A stretch of 64,000 bases of DNA. Source: Cenococcum geophilum. Its lineage: Eukaryota. The notes under the pieces are model-generated. The model was given only the letters and a program-made list of their open reading frames with translations. It had not been told where the DNA came from and ran no database searches. A program made the position numbers and the translations under genes. The stretch covers positions 4,154,001 to 4,218,000 of the forward strand of contig CP158635.1 of the NCBI GenBank assembly GCA_050273025.1, given 5' to 3'. This document shows positions 49,601-62,469 of this stretch, in pieces (the stretch's first letter is position 1; every line of letters begins with the position of its first letter).

Positions 49601-52600
49601 TTATCTCTACATTTAACCATCTCCGCATTGCAAAAGGGGATAAATGGCTTACTATATTTTGTACCCGATATAGACTATTTAAATACTTAGTAATATCCTT
49701 TAGCCTTATAAACGCTCCAAGCTCGTTTTAACATTATATAAATAATACCCTACACCCCTACCTGGATATCTTCTATACTGCTTATATTAACGACATCCTA
49801 ATATATAGTAATAACCTAACTAAATATCGGAAATACGTTAACCTTATTCTATAAGCCCTATACGGAGCTAGTCTATAGTTAGATATAAATAAATGCGAGT
49901 TTTATAAAACTTCCGTTTTATACCTTAGACTCCTTATTTTTATAAATAGTATATAAATAGATCTGAAAAAAGTCAAAGTAATTATAAACTGGCAAGAACC
50001 CAAGAATATTAAGGACGTAAGAGCCTTTATAGGATTTGCTAATTTCTACTAACAGTTTATTAATAACTTCTCCGCCCTAGTTTTACCCCTTATAGCTCTA
50101 ACCCAAAAGGATAAAGTCTTTATCTTTAATAAGGAATATAAAAAGGCCTTTGCCTATCTAAAGGTTATATTTACTACTACGCCTATACTTTAATACTTTA
50201 ACCTAAACCGAATAAGTGTTATAGAAGCCGACTTATTGTTACGAACGCTTTAAGTACAATGTTACGACTACTAGGGGAAGAGTCGGAAGAAGCTAGTTGG
50301 TTAATTTAGGCACGGTTTAGGATAGAGCCGATAGAACTATGTGATGAGGAATAGTAACTAAAGGTTATATAACGTAATCTATATAATCTATATAATCTAT
50401 ATAATCCGCGATAGAGTAGATAAAGCACACGTATATTACGTATAAAGAGGATTTTATAGGAGTACGGTTGTGTATTTAAGGACCCTTAATCCCTACCTAG
50501 ATAGTTCCTTCTTTGTAGTAATTCTTAGAATATAATTAAAGTTAATCTATTAGGCAACTACTCTACCAGTTATTATTACGTTATTAACTTTAATTTATAT
50601 TACCTATATACCTAGCCTAATAATAAGCCTACCGTAGTACCTGCTATAAGGTTCCGTTATATAATTACTACCTAGTTATAGTATTAAATATAAAAAGTTA
50701 AATAACATGCTACTAAAAGCAGCCACTATAACGCTATTAACGGCGGCAACTACTTTAAGGTTAGGAGGTAACACTAGTATAGCAGATACTAATTTATAGC
50801 AACCTATAATAGTTAGATAACTATAAGAAATAGTTAACTAGCTAATAATAAATAATGCGGCACTAAAAAAAAGGATTAATAGGATAGGAGCGGCAAAGAT
50901 TAAACTACTATTAATTAAGAGGTACTTAGGAGAAAGGTTAAAGCTTAAGGGATTCCTTACGTAAATGCACTTTAAAGATACGCAGGAAGGAGCGAAGCTG
51001 CTAATACCTATAGATTAAATAGTGTATATAGGACTATTCCTATTAGGAAGAGCACTTAAGTAGTTTAAGCTTTACCTTACGAAAATACAGGTAAATGAAA
51101 TAATAACCACTAATTAGGAGGTGCGATTTATATTCTTAAGCTAGGAAGGGTTTATAAAGTAACTTATATAAATATTTAGAGACCTAAAGGCAGTAACTAT
51201 AGCGGAAAGAAAACTCTAAGATATTACGCAACGAACCTTAGTAATTAAGTATATAATATAGTTCTAGACGCTAGTAATATAAGTTAAGTGGAATAATAGG
51301 GCGCTTATAGTATAGTATAAATAAGAACTTAAGGCTAAAGTCTAGGACGTAATTATCTTAATAGAAGATATGGACACCCTAAGAGGGCTAATAGATTAAG
51401 CAATTAAGATTAATAATTGGATCTATTAAAGGGAATAGGCCAAGAGAGGTTAGGATAGAGTTTTATAGTTATATAAGGCGTAAAATACGCAATAACTAAA
51501 GCTAAGTTAAAAACTATAGTATAGCGCAGAGCTAATAGACCTAAGTGGTACTAAAGAAGCCTATAAGAGATAGAGTAAGAAACTATAAAAACCTAAAGAT
51601 TAAGGATCTAGTAATTACAGGACTAAGGAGTAGAGGCTAAACTAGGAATCTTAGTAGTAGAAGACGTTTAGGCGGACTCTATAGTAAAGTTAATGGTTTA
51701 AAGATAGAGCTTATATAAATTGCGGAAAATAAGGTTACTTCGCGAGGGATTATAAAGATGGTTAGAGTTACTATACAATAAAGGGAACTAGACTAGTAAA
51801 AGATATATATATATAGAGGGATAATAGTATACTACGAGGAATAACAGAGTGTTTAATTAGAAGTTTCGCGTTTTATTATAATAACGCATACTAAATTTAT
51901 AAAGATGCTAAGTATAGCGTAAGCTATTAGCTATAAGAGCTAAAATCCTTAATATATAAAGGAACTAATAAACCAGTTTATAGATCGGACATTAAGGATA
52001 ATAAATTTAATATAGGTGAAATATTTAGTAATAATAAGGTAATAAGAGTAACTTACTAGAAGTATACGGACCTTAAAGATATTATAAGAGAGGTAGAGGA
52101 TAATTCTACTATAAAATAGGGAACATTAGTAGGGATTAAGACCCTACTAGACACGATGTCTATTGCTTCGCAAGACGTAAGAGAAGTAGGACAGCGAGCT
52201 ACTTCGGCACTCGATAAAGGCAAAAGGCTAAAGACTTAAGATTTTTAAGACGAGATAAGGCATACCCAAGGACCTATAATGGACGAAAACCAATAGAGTA
52301 GGGCAGTAGCTTAGTTTAAGGATATATAAATAAGCTTGGGATAGAGTTTCCTATAAGTATAAGACTCTTAAGATAAGATAAGAACACTTAAGTCTAGTTG
52401 GACTAAGGTAGGAGCTAAGCTTAAGACAGAAGCAAGCTTAGGATTAAGAATTCTATAGAATTAAGAATTTCAGATATAAATGAGGACTATTAAGTAAACC
52501 AAGATTAAGAAGCAAGAAGACTTTAAGGATCTACTTATAAGGCGAAAACTAAAGGAAACCATGACCGAATTTAGAGTAAGAATTATTATATAGTAATAAC

Positions 52601-54650
52601 AGAAGTTAGACTAGAGGACTAATACACTAGGATATTCTAAGGATAAAGTACCTATACGAAGAATTACTAATAGGCCTAAAGTAGGTATACTAAAAGCTAA
52701 GTAGCTTACTAAACTAGAGAATAAGGAGGATTTAGGGATTCTAACTAGGTTTAAGGAACGACATACTAAAGGATATTACGATATAGTAATAAGAAGATAC
52801 TTCCTTACGGACGAGCCGTATATACTCTAGCAGATATACTAAAAGTAGTATAGGTAAAGGCATAACGATAAGTAGGAAGATTTCTATATATAGTTAGATA
52901 AGAAAGTTATCTAAGACCACCCTATTACGGAAAAGGTAATGAGTTATATTAAAGGGGCCTTAATTATAACATTAAAGGATCTAGAGGAGCGTTTAGAGGA
53001 CTAGAGAAGCGAAAGGCATATCTTAGTACCTACGAATAAGGTTATAACGTTTAGATTAATACAGTAGAGGTTTAAACTTAAGGATAAAGACGAGCTAAAA
53101 GTTAACCTAAAACACTAAGTATATTATATATTAGTATGGATTATATATATAGATAATATATATAATATGCATAGAGCACCTAAGGATAAGTACTAAAAAT
53201 ACCCTATAAGAATATATTGGATAGTAGAAGAATAGAAGTATAGAAATGCTAAGTATATATATAGCTAGCACCCAATAGAAGTTTAGGAGTTAGGTAACTT
53301 AATACTTTAGTTAAAAAGATTCCTTACGGAAGAATACCTAGATGGATAATAGTAATAGGAATGCCTAGAGAACACGTGTCTGTAGTATATTAAAGAAAAG
53401 AAGCGAACTAAGTATTAGCTAAAAGTAGACTAAGTATAAATAGGATTAAGCAGCTAATAATTGGGAAAAGTAGAGGCCTATAGGACTAGAGGGAACTAGT
53501 AGTAGAGCCTTAAACCCTTAAAGGAATTTAAGGACAATACCTAAACCTATAAGTTAAATAGTAAGATTAACAGTTTGAAGTATTAATAGATAGTAGAGCA
53601 ATAAGAAACTATATCTTACTATTAGCAGTTAAAAGAATGGGATTACCACACAAGAAAAAAAAGCACCCTTACCTATTAGTAATAATTTTAGGAGATCCAA
53701 TAGCCTACGGAGGAGGTATTATTAACCTTAAAATAGGACCTATTTAGCTAACCATTAAAGGGAGACAAATTAAGATATCTTTTAATATATTACTATTAGG
53801 GAACAATAAGGCAGTATTAGGAATGCCTTAGTTATAGGAATATAACTTAAGGATTAATTAGGTTACGGGTTAGGTCAATATTAGGGATACTTAATAACGC
53901 AAGATATAATAATAAGCCAAGTTAGTATAGTACTAAGTAGGAGCAACCTATAAAGAAACAGAGAAAGGACTAAGCTATATACTAAAGAGATATTATAAGT
54001 ACGGTAAGAAACTATAGTCACTAGAAAGTAAAAGGCTGTTAGAATATATAGTATAGGATTATAAAATAGAATTAGAACTAGGAATAAGTCTAAGGTTCTT
54101 TCTAATCTATAAGCTTACTAAGGACAAAGGAAGAGCACTAAAAGAGTTTATCTAGGAGAACTTACAAAAGGGATATATTAGACCATTATAGTTATTAGTA
54201 GGTTACCCAGTACTATTTATACTAAAAAAGAACGGTAAACTAAGGCTATATATTAACTATAGATAGTTAAACAGCATTACTAGAAAGGATAGGTATCCTT
54301 TACCCTTAATTAGCGAAATCTAAGATAGGATAGGCAATGCGTAAATCTTTATAAAGATAGATCTAAGGTAGGCGTACTATTAGATTAGAATTAAGGAAGG
54401 CGACGAATAGAAGGCAGCCTTTAAGTTAAAGGAAGAACTATATAAACTATTAGTTATGCAATTTAGGCTTATAAATGCGCTAGCAACATTCTAGAAGCGT
54501 ATTAATAATATATTAGGAGAATACTTAGATAAATTTATTATAGTATATTTTAATAATATTATTATCTACTTAATAACTAAGGAAGAATACGGAGAATATA
54601 TTAAATAGGTCTTAAAGAGACTATAAGAGGAACAGATATTAGTAGCAATT

Positions 54651-57600
54651 ATTATTATTTATTACTTAACGTCCGATTTGGATCCCTATTGGGCCCACGC
54701 GGACTACTCCTTATATACATATAGGGAGAAAACTCTATTTAAGAAAACTCCGTAATCCATCTTCCCGCCTTTTAGGACTCGCCTATAGGCCGCCTATAAG
54801 GCGCCTGCGAGTTACCTATAGTGCTCTACTACCTTACTTTTTAACCTTTTTAGGAACCACTACTGCTGTAATAAGCCTACGGACGCGCTAGTATTGCAAA
54901 CTTTACTCTACTACTATAGAGTTATTAGGGGGCGCCCGTTACTCGCCTCTCCCGCCCTTTATTACTATTTCCTTTATAACCCAGAACTGGTTTAGTATAT
55001 TTTAGCTAATAAGCTACTAGGTAACCGCCTTAAGGCCTTTTTATATCGAGAGTAGTGTATTATAGTTCTCTATGCTAGCTACTAAGAGTATTACTTCTTA
55101 GTTGGTGTGTAAGGGGCATAATAGTATTATATATTTTGGTGTCTGTCTTAGCCAGCTATATTCGCATCTTAGGCTACCTACTAGGATACCTACCTAGTAG
55201 AGCCAGTCTTTTAGTCCTATTATTCCTGTTCTTAAGAGTGTTGCTATTATATTTTCTACCTTTATTAGGCCTTCTTAGAGCCCTAAAGTATTTACCCCCT
55301 ATAGCGTTAACCATGCTACGGCTTGGGTTCCTCTTGCCTTAGTTAGCCTCTATACCTTCAACTCCTATACGCCTCTCCAGCGTTAGTCTAGCTAGTATTG
55401 TATTATAGTAGATAGTTTCCTAGTATTCTTTTGTGTTCTACTTTTACTCCTTTCTCTCTCTTACTATTATCTTTACTGGCCTCTTACGCGTTTCCCTTCC
55501 TCCTCTATATAGGCCTGGGCCCTAAAGCAGCACTATTTTTCTTCTGCTTTCTTTACCTGTTTCTTTAATATATCTTCCCTACTTTAGGGTTATTGGTTTG
55601 TTTTCCTATAGGGCGCCCTAGGGTCCCTCTATAGTTTATTTAGGCGTGTTTTAATATACTTTATAATATTAGAGTTACGTTTGTTTTACGCCCTTTATAT
55701 TATAGCGGCTTTAATATATAGTTATAGGGGGGGAATATTAGCTTCCTTTTTAAGCAGTGCTGTAGCCGTTCGCTTATATCTACCTATTATACTCTAGAGG
55801 TAAGCTATTTGGACCTTTTAGAGTAGTTTAAGGAGTGATTTAGGGGGGCCTTTCTTAGATTCTCTAATGGCCCAAATATTGGACCTATACGTTATAGTTG
55901 GCCAAACAACTGCTGTATATAGTAGGCGTAACCTCTAAAAGTATGGACCCTATATAGAATTAACAATCCTGGATAATGCGATATACTATACTTAGCTCTT
56001 ATAGGCCGCTTACGCCGTATATACGCTCTACCGGAGCTTACTGTCTACCTATACTCCTAATACCCTTAAACCCTAAACTGGTTAACCCCTAAAGCCTTAG
56101 ATATGGATTATATGCTAAAGATCTATAGATTAGTTACGTTTTCTTATAAAGTAGATTAGCTGGTATTTCTTTAGTAAGAATTAGACTCTATATTGTCTTG
56201 CCTATTCTATATAGGTATTATAAGCTTTCTCTAGTGTTCTATAATTTTCTATGGCTGTTAGCCTATATATAATTAGGTTTATATCGTTAATAAAGCCTAT
56301 CCCCTAGGTCGCCCCTTCCTTAAAGGAGTTAAGTAGGTTGCTTATAAAGAAAAGGAAGAGTATAGGCAAGAGGGGTAATCCTTATAGTATTCCTGTTGTA
56401 ACTATAATAGGGGGGCTCTGGTATCTGCTAAAGACTAGTAATATTTCTTTCTAACCTATAAACCCTTAAATAAATTATATAATCTATTCTAGGAAGCCTT
56501 TTACCCTAAAGATATATAGGAGACGCTTATAGGATATATTATTATAGGCGCCGCTAATATCTAGGCTAAGCATTAATACTATAAAGTCCCTTCGCATCGC
56601 CTATGCGGATTTAATAGTGGTAGCGAGTAGCGTAAGTGCTAATAGTGTTAAGCGGTTCTTTCTTGCCCCTATTTAGCTTTGTAGTAGTAGGTTATATTCC
56701 TTAGCCGTGTCTACTATATAGTCCGCTATTACCTTTTCTAAGATCTTGCTAAGGGTGTTTTTTAAGGTAATAGGGCGGTAGCTTTCTAGGATTAAGTAAT
56801 CTGCTTTACCTTCTTTCCGTAAAATAACCGTTGTTATAGCTCTTCTAAGTCGCGTGTAGTAGCCTATAGTAAAGTATACCCTAGCTATATCTATAAGCTA
56901 GGGTGCTATAAGTAGTCTATATATTTTTAAGGCCTTATTTAGAATCCTATCTAGTCCTAGTGCTATATTGTTTAAAAGGCGGCTAATAGTTCTAGCTATT
57001 TCCTCTATTGTTATGTCGCTGTTGACCCTTAGGTGAGTTACCGGTGTTTTACCTATAATGTCGCTGAGGTCTGCTAGAGTTGGTTAGGGGAAGAACCTTT
57101 CTATAAGGATCTTTGCCTTTTTATTGTTGTTGTTAGTGGCCTGTAATTCCCCTGCTCTTTATAGGGGTAGTAGGTATAGGTCTTTTGCTAGGCGCCCTGC
57201 CTTTTTTTTTTTTTACCTATTTTGCTATAGCCCAAAGGCCCTTATTATAGGGGAGGCTTGGGTTAGAAGTATGCTCGTTTATAAACTATCTCCAGTTATT
57301 CCTTACTTCTTTCTTTAGGGTATTCTTTAACTGGTTTCTTGTGTCTTTATATCGTCTCTTGTCTTTAGGGTTATGGCTACTTATATATTTCCTTCTTGCT
57401 TATTATTAGCTAGTAATAAGAACTACGCATTATACGGACTATGCGTGTCGCGTATAGGGGCCCAGTTTTAAGACCGGGCAGTGCTCTTCTAGCCCGTTTT
57501 TAATTGCTGCCTAGATCCTTTCTAGTCTTTAGTTAATTTCCTTAGGGGTGGCTAATAAGCCTCGCTCGTTTAGAATTGGGTGGATTTCTTCTAGGTCTTA

Positions 57601-59610
57601 GAGTTATTATTTAACTATATTAAGGAAACTGTCTATCTTAAGCTTCCTTATTACATATCTTTTACTACTTAGTTGCGCCTTAATATCTAAATCTAGCTAT
57701 ATCTGGATGGGGATATGGTCTAAGGCGAGTGCCTATTCTTCTTTGGGGTTATACCTTTCGAGTCTCTAGTATAGGCCTTCGTCCATAAATATAAGGTTAA
57801 TTGTGCTATATAATAGAGTTTAATATACCTACTTATCTAGGCCTCTACCCTAGTTTTTTAGTATTTGTTTTAATACCTAGGCCTAAAGGCCTAGGGGCTT
57901 TCTATAAGCAGTTAGCTGCCACCACCTTAACAGGGGGTCTTACCAGTTCTTTTGGATATCTTATAATAGGATTGGCCTAAATACCAGTCCGCCCCCCCAC
58001 GGTCTATATAAAAGTCTCCTCCTAGAGTTAATACGCTTTTGTATAGCTTAGGAGCCTTCTATAGCCTCTAGTTTCACACCTTTTCTATTATTTCCGCTGG
58101 TATAGGCATAAGCTGCCTTTTCTAGGGGTTATAACTCCCGTCTTATATACCTATTAGCGTAATCCTATAAAGGTGTCGTAGCTGCATCCTGTAATATAGA
58201 AGCCTTAGGTACCTTCTATAGTTAAGGCCCAGACTAAAAAGCCTCCCCTACCTAAGTAACTCCTATTTACTCCTTAAGCATATCTTATTAGCGTACCGCC
58301 CTAGAAGCAAACAAACGGTTCCGTCTGTTAATGTACCAATACGCGTATCCGTTCTCTTAAGCCACGTAGTAGTCTTCTTCGGCTAGGATGTAATTCTACC
58401 TGCCTATTAGGTGCACTAGGGGTTAGAGCTTAGCTAAGGGGTAAGGTCCCTAAAGCCAGTAGTAGCTACTATGTACTTCGCCCTATAGGAGACTAGCAGT
58501 AATATAGGGGCGTAATACCCTATACACCACTAGCTCCCGTTTCGCGATGCCTATAAAAGTCTCCTTATAATAGGCCGACCGTGTTTTATAGGAGGGGTTT
58601 ATAGATACTAGGTCCCGCGCCAGGCGACCTGCTCTGCCCTCTCCTACTAACTAAGCTTGTGTCCCCCCTTTTTATAAGACTATCAAGTCCTCGTCCAACT
58701 GGCCTATATTTCCCCTACAGCCTCCCCTATATATATACGTATCGGGTTACATACACTACGCCTATTAAGACCCTCCTATAAGTCGCCTTAGACGTATATA
58801 TATTAGGTTGCGTGCACTACGCCTATTAAGACCCTCCTGTAAGTCACCTGCGAGTCACCTATAAGTCGCCTGCGAGTTAAACGCCATAGGGCCGTTAAAG
58901 CTGGCCTATGTTTCCGCTGCCTAGAGCTTTGCCCGTGTTTCCACCTCGTTAAGCCGTCTAGTCGCCATCGCGTTGCTATCGCGTCGCTGTCAACCAGGTC
59001 GCGCGCACTACGCCTATTAAGACCCTCTTCTAAGTTACCTAGGTGTACCGGTATACTAGATAGGCCCTTAGAGGGGCCTTAATAAGTTCTTTAGGCAGGG
59101 CCTTAACAAGTTCTTCGCGGTGGCCTTTAGGGCCTTAATAAGTTTCGTATAAGGTATCTGCGACGCGTTAATTAATAAGTTCTTATAAAAAAGGGTTCCC
59201 TACGCCCTTACTATATCCATTCGGTCTTAGAGCTAGTATAAGCCTAAGGGTGTCCTATTATACGCCTAGGACGTATCCGCATCCGCTAGCTTAATAAGGC
59301 CAGTTTCGGCCCTAGCTATAAGCTAGGTAGACGTACATTAAGTAGTTTTTATATCCCAGTTTCCCTTAATAGGCCTCCCTAGATGGTAGAACGGGAGCTC
59401 TAAGCGGAGGCAGTAAGGCTCCTAGTGTTATTAAGGGCGATGCTTTAAACGCGTCGCCGGCTCAACACCACAGAGTCGCAACGACAGCGCGCTGCACGCG
59501 CTGCGACGGCTCTCTACCATCGCCTCTGCACTTGGCCATTAAAAGGAACGGATTCCAGATGATGTTTCCACCCGCGGCGACGTGGACGCGTGCAGTAGGG
59601 CTTCGCGGGC
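54651..59610 (-). mobile_element. Chimeric non-LTR insertion: 5'-truncated Tad1-like LINE (54651-57807) plus 1.8 kb foreign 5' segment (57808-59610)
   Basis: TSD attagtagcaatt(a) at 54638-54650 and 59611-59623. The LINE part is the reverse complement of ~4487-7630. Short (TAA)n tail. Confidence 0.9.
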
Positions 59611-61764
59611 ATTAGTAGCAATTAAGAAATACAAGTTCTTTACCAGAAAGACCAATTTTATAGGATTTATTATTAAACTAGGCTAACTTAGTATAGATCT
59701 AAAGAAGATTAAGGATATAGTAAATTGGTAAGAACTAGAAAACGTTATATAATTAAGATCGTTTTTAGGGGTTTATAATTACTATAAAAGGTTTATAGTA
59801 TAATAGTTAAAGGATATTAAACCATTTACACGGTTAATAAAGAAAGAAGAACTATAGGTATAGGGAAAGGAATAAAGAGAGTTATTTAAAAAAGTTAAAG
59901 AATTGTTTACCTAGGAGCTAGTTCTTAAGATCTATTAACTAGGGCTAGAAACGGTTGTAGAAATAAATATATTAGACTATACGCTAGGGGTATACTTTAT
60001 ATAAAAGTATCTAGATAGATGGCACCTAGTAGTATATTACAGTTAGAAGATAATACTACTAAAGTTAAACTATAACATTTACAATAAGGAGCTATTAGGT
60101 ATAGTTATAGCATTAAAGAAATAGAGAGTATTTTTATAAGGTATAGAGAAACTATTTATAGTTAAAATAGATTATAAAAACCTAATAGGATTCCTAACGA
60201 TAAAGGAACTTAACTAAAGATAGGTTAGATAGGTAGAGATACTTACAGAATACTATTTCAAGATTTAGTATACTAAGGGTATAGATAATACATAAGCAGA
60301 TACTCTAAGTCGAAAAGCTAAACTATAAAACGATAAAAAGCCATTAGGGGCTTTACTGCGAAAAGACATAGACGGGTTAATTAGGTACAATTATCTAAAA
60401 ATTATAGCCACTTAAAAAGAATTAAAAAGGGTTTATAAGTCACCAGAGAGCTTTTAGGCATAAAGAATCTTTAAAACACAACTAGAGGAGCAGTTGGAGC
60501 ACCTAGGAGAAGAAATACTGTATAAATATTAAGAAGTAAAGTATATCCTAAGAAGTATAGCGGAATACTTTATAGAAGATTTTTATAAGGGAATAACTTA
60601 AGGATATAATAGAGCTAGAGGCCTAGTGTTAAGACTCTAGGAGGAGTACATTATTAATAGAATTTGGGGCTTAGCGTAAAAAGTTATAAAAGAATATCTA
60701 GATTGCTAAAAAAAATAAACTAATAAGGTACAAGCTATACGGAGGGCTATAACCTATTAAAATACTAGAAAGACTATAGGAAGTTATATTATAGGACTTT
60801 ATTATTAAGTTACTAAAGTTAAGAAACCCTATTACTAGATAAGATTATAATATAATCTTAGTAATAATAGACAAGCTTACGAAGTGGGGATACTTTATAG
60901 TATATACAGAAGAAATATCAGTAAAGGATATCGCTAGAATCTATATTAAAGAAGTATTTATAAGATATAGAGCACTAAGTAAAATTATATTAGACAGAGA
61001 CCTAAGATTTATAGCAGTATTTTAGGAAGTATTTTTAGCGGAATAAGGAGTTAGAGTAGTAACTTTTACCATATACTATCTGCAGATAGATAGTTAAATA
61101 GAAAGACTAAATTAGACACTAGAATAGTATCTAAGATATTATATTAATTACGTATAGAATAATTAGGTATTACTATTACTAGTTATATAGTTTATATATA
61201 ATATAATACTATAAGAAGAAATAGGCACGTTACTATTTAAAGCAAATTACGGGTATAAGCTAAAAATATTATTATTACTAAGGCAAGCGAAGAAAACAAG
61301 TAGCATAGCTAAAAAAAAGAATAAAGACGTTAATAAATCTTTATATAGACCTTATAAAATTAGTAAAAGTAGTATAAAAAAAAATAAAAAGGTACTATAA
61401 TATTAAGAGATCTAAGGGACTAGATCTTAAGGAGGAAGATAAAGTATAGCTACTATATAAAAATTTTAAGAGTTAATAACTAAGTAAAAAGTTAGACTAC
61501 GTTAGACTAGGACCCTTTAAAATTATATAAAGGATTTCACTAGTTATATTTAAGTTAAACCTATTAGCTAAAATAAAGATCTACCCTATATAGTATATTA
61601 TAATACTAAAGCTAGTATATAGGAATATTAAGCTACTAGTTTACGAAGCGGATATATATAGAGGATAAGAAGAGGACAAATAGTAAGTTTTAAGGATTGT
61701 TAACTATAAGGATATTAATAATAAAATATAGTACGAGGTTAAGTAGATAGGCTATAATAAGACT

Positions 61765-62469
61765 ACCTAGGAGCTATTAGAAAATTTAAAAAACGCTATA
61801 GGAAAGGTACAGGAGTATTAAAAGAAATTAGGTTAGGCAGTATTAATAAAAAAGGATTGCTAAAAAATAAGTTACCTAAGGGGGACCTAAGAAGAGTAGT
61901 TGCCGAACTACTTAAATCTATTTCCTTCTCGGTTAGAAGAGAATTTATTCTTTTATTACTAAGCTCTTATAGACCTTATTCTATAAGCTTCTATTTTTTT
62001 AAAATAGACCTTTTTATAAGCCTTTTTAAGACGAATTAACCGAGCAGACGCCGCTAAACGAGATTTAAGGGCCTGTTGCTAAGTATTAGCAGCCTCCCGT
62101 TTAGCGTCCTAAAAATAACGCAACTCTGCTAGAATAACAGATAGTTTATTATCTAGCCGCGTAGCAGTAGATTAAATATAAAACCCTAAGACAAATTAAC
62201 TAGGGAACTAGACGACTGTTAAGAGTAATAGGTTATGTATATTTAGTATTAGAGATAAAACAAACGTTATAGGACGAATAAATATTCGCTTTAGTGCACT
62301 TTAAGTAAGAGGACGGTTATTGCGAAGATGGGTTTACTAACGTAATACTAACTAACTTCTTTTTTAAATAGCGAGAATATGGAGATAGTATAATCTCACT
62401 AAGGGATAATATTATAGCAATAGTGCGAATACAACGAGCAGTTAAAGAAGAAGAAATTGCTTTAGGTAT
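61765..62469 (-). pseudogene. Antisense two-exon ORF of Gypsy A copy 3
   Basis: Homologous to 15856-16540, with a 21-nt in-frame insertion in the coiled-coil part. Confidence 0.6.
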
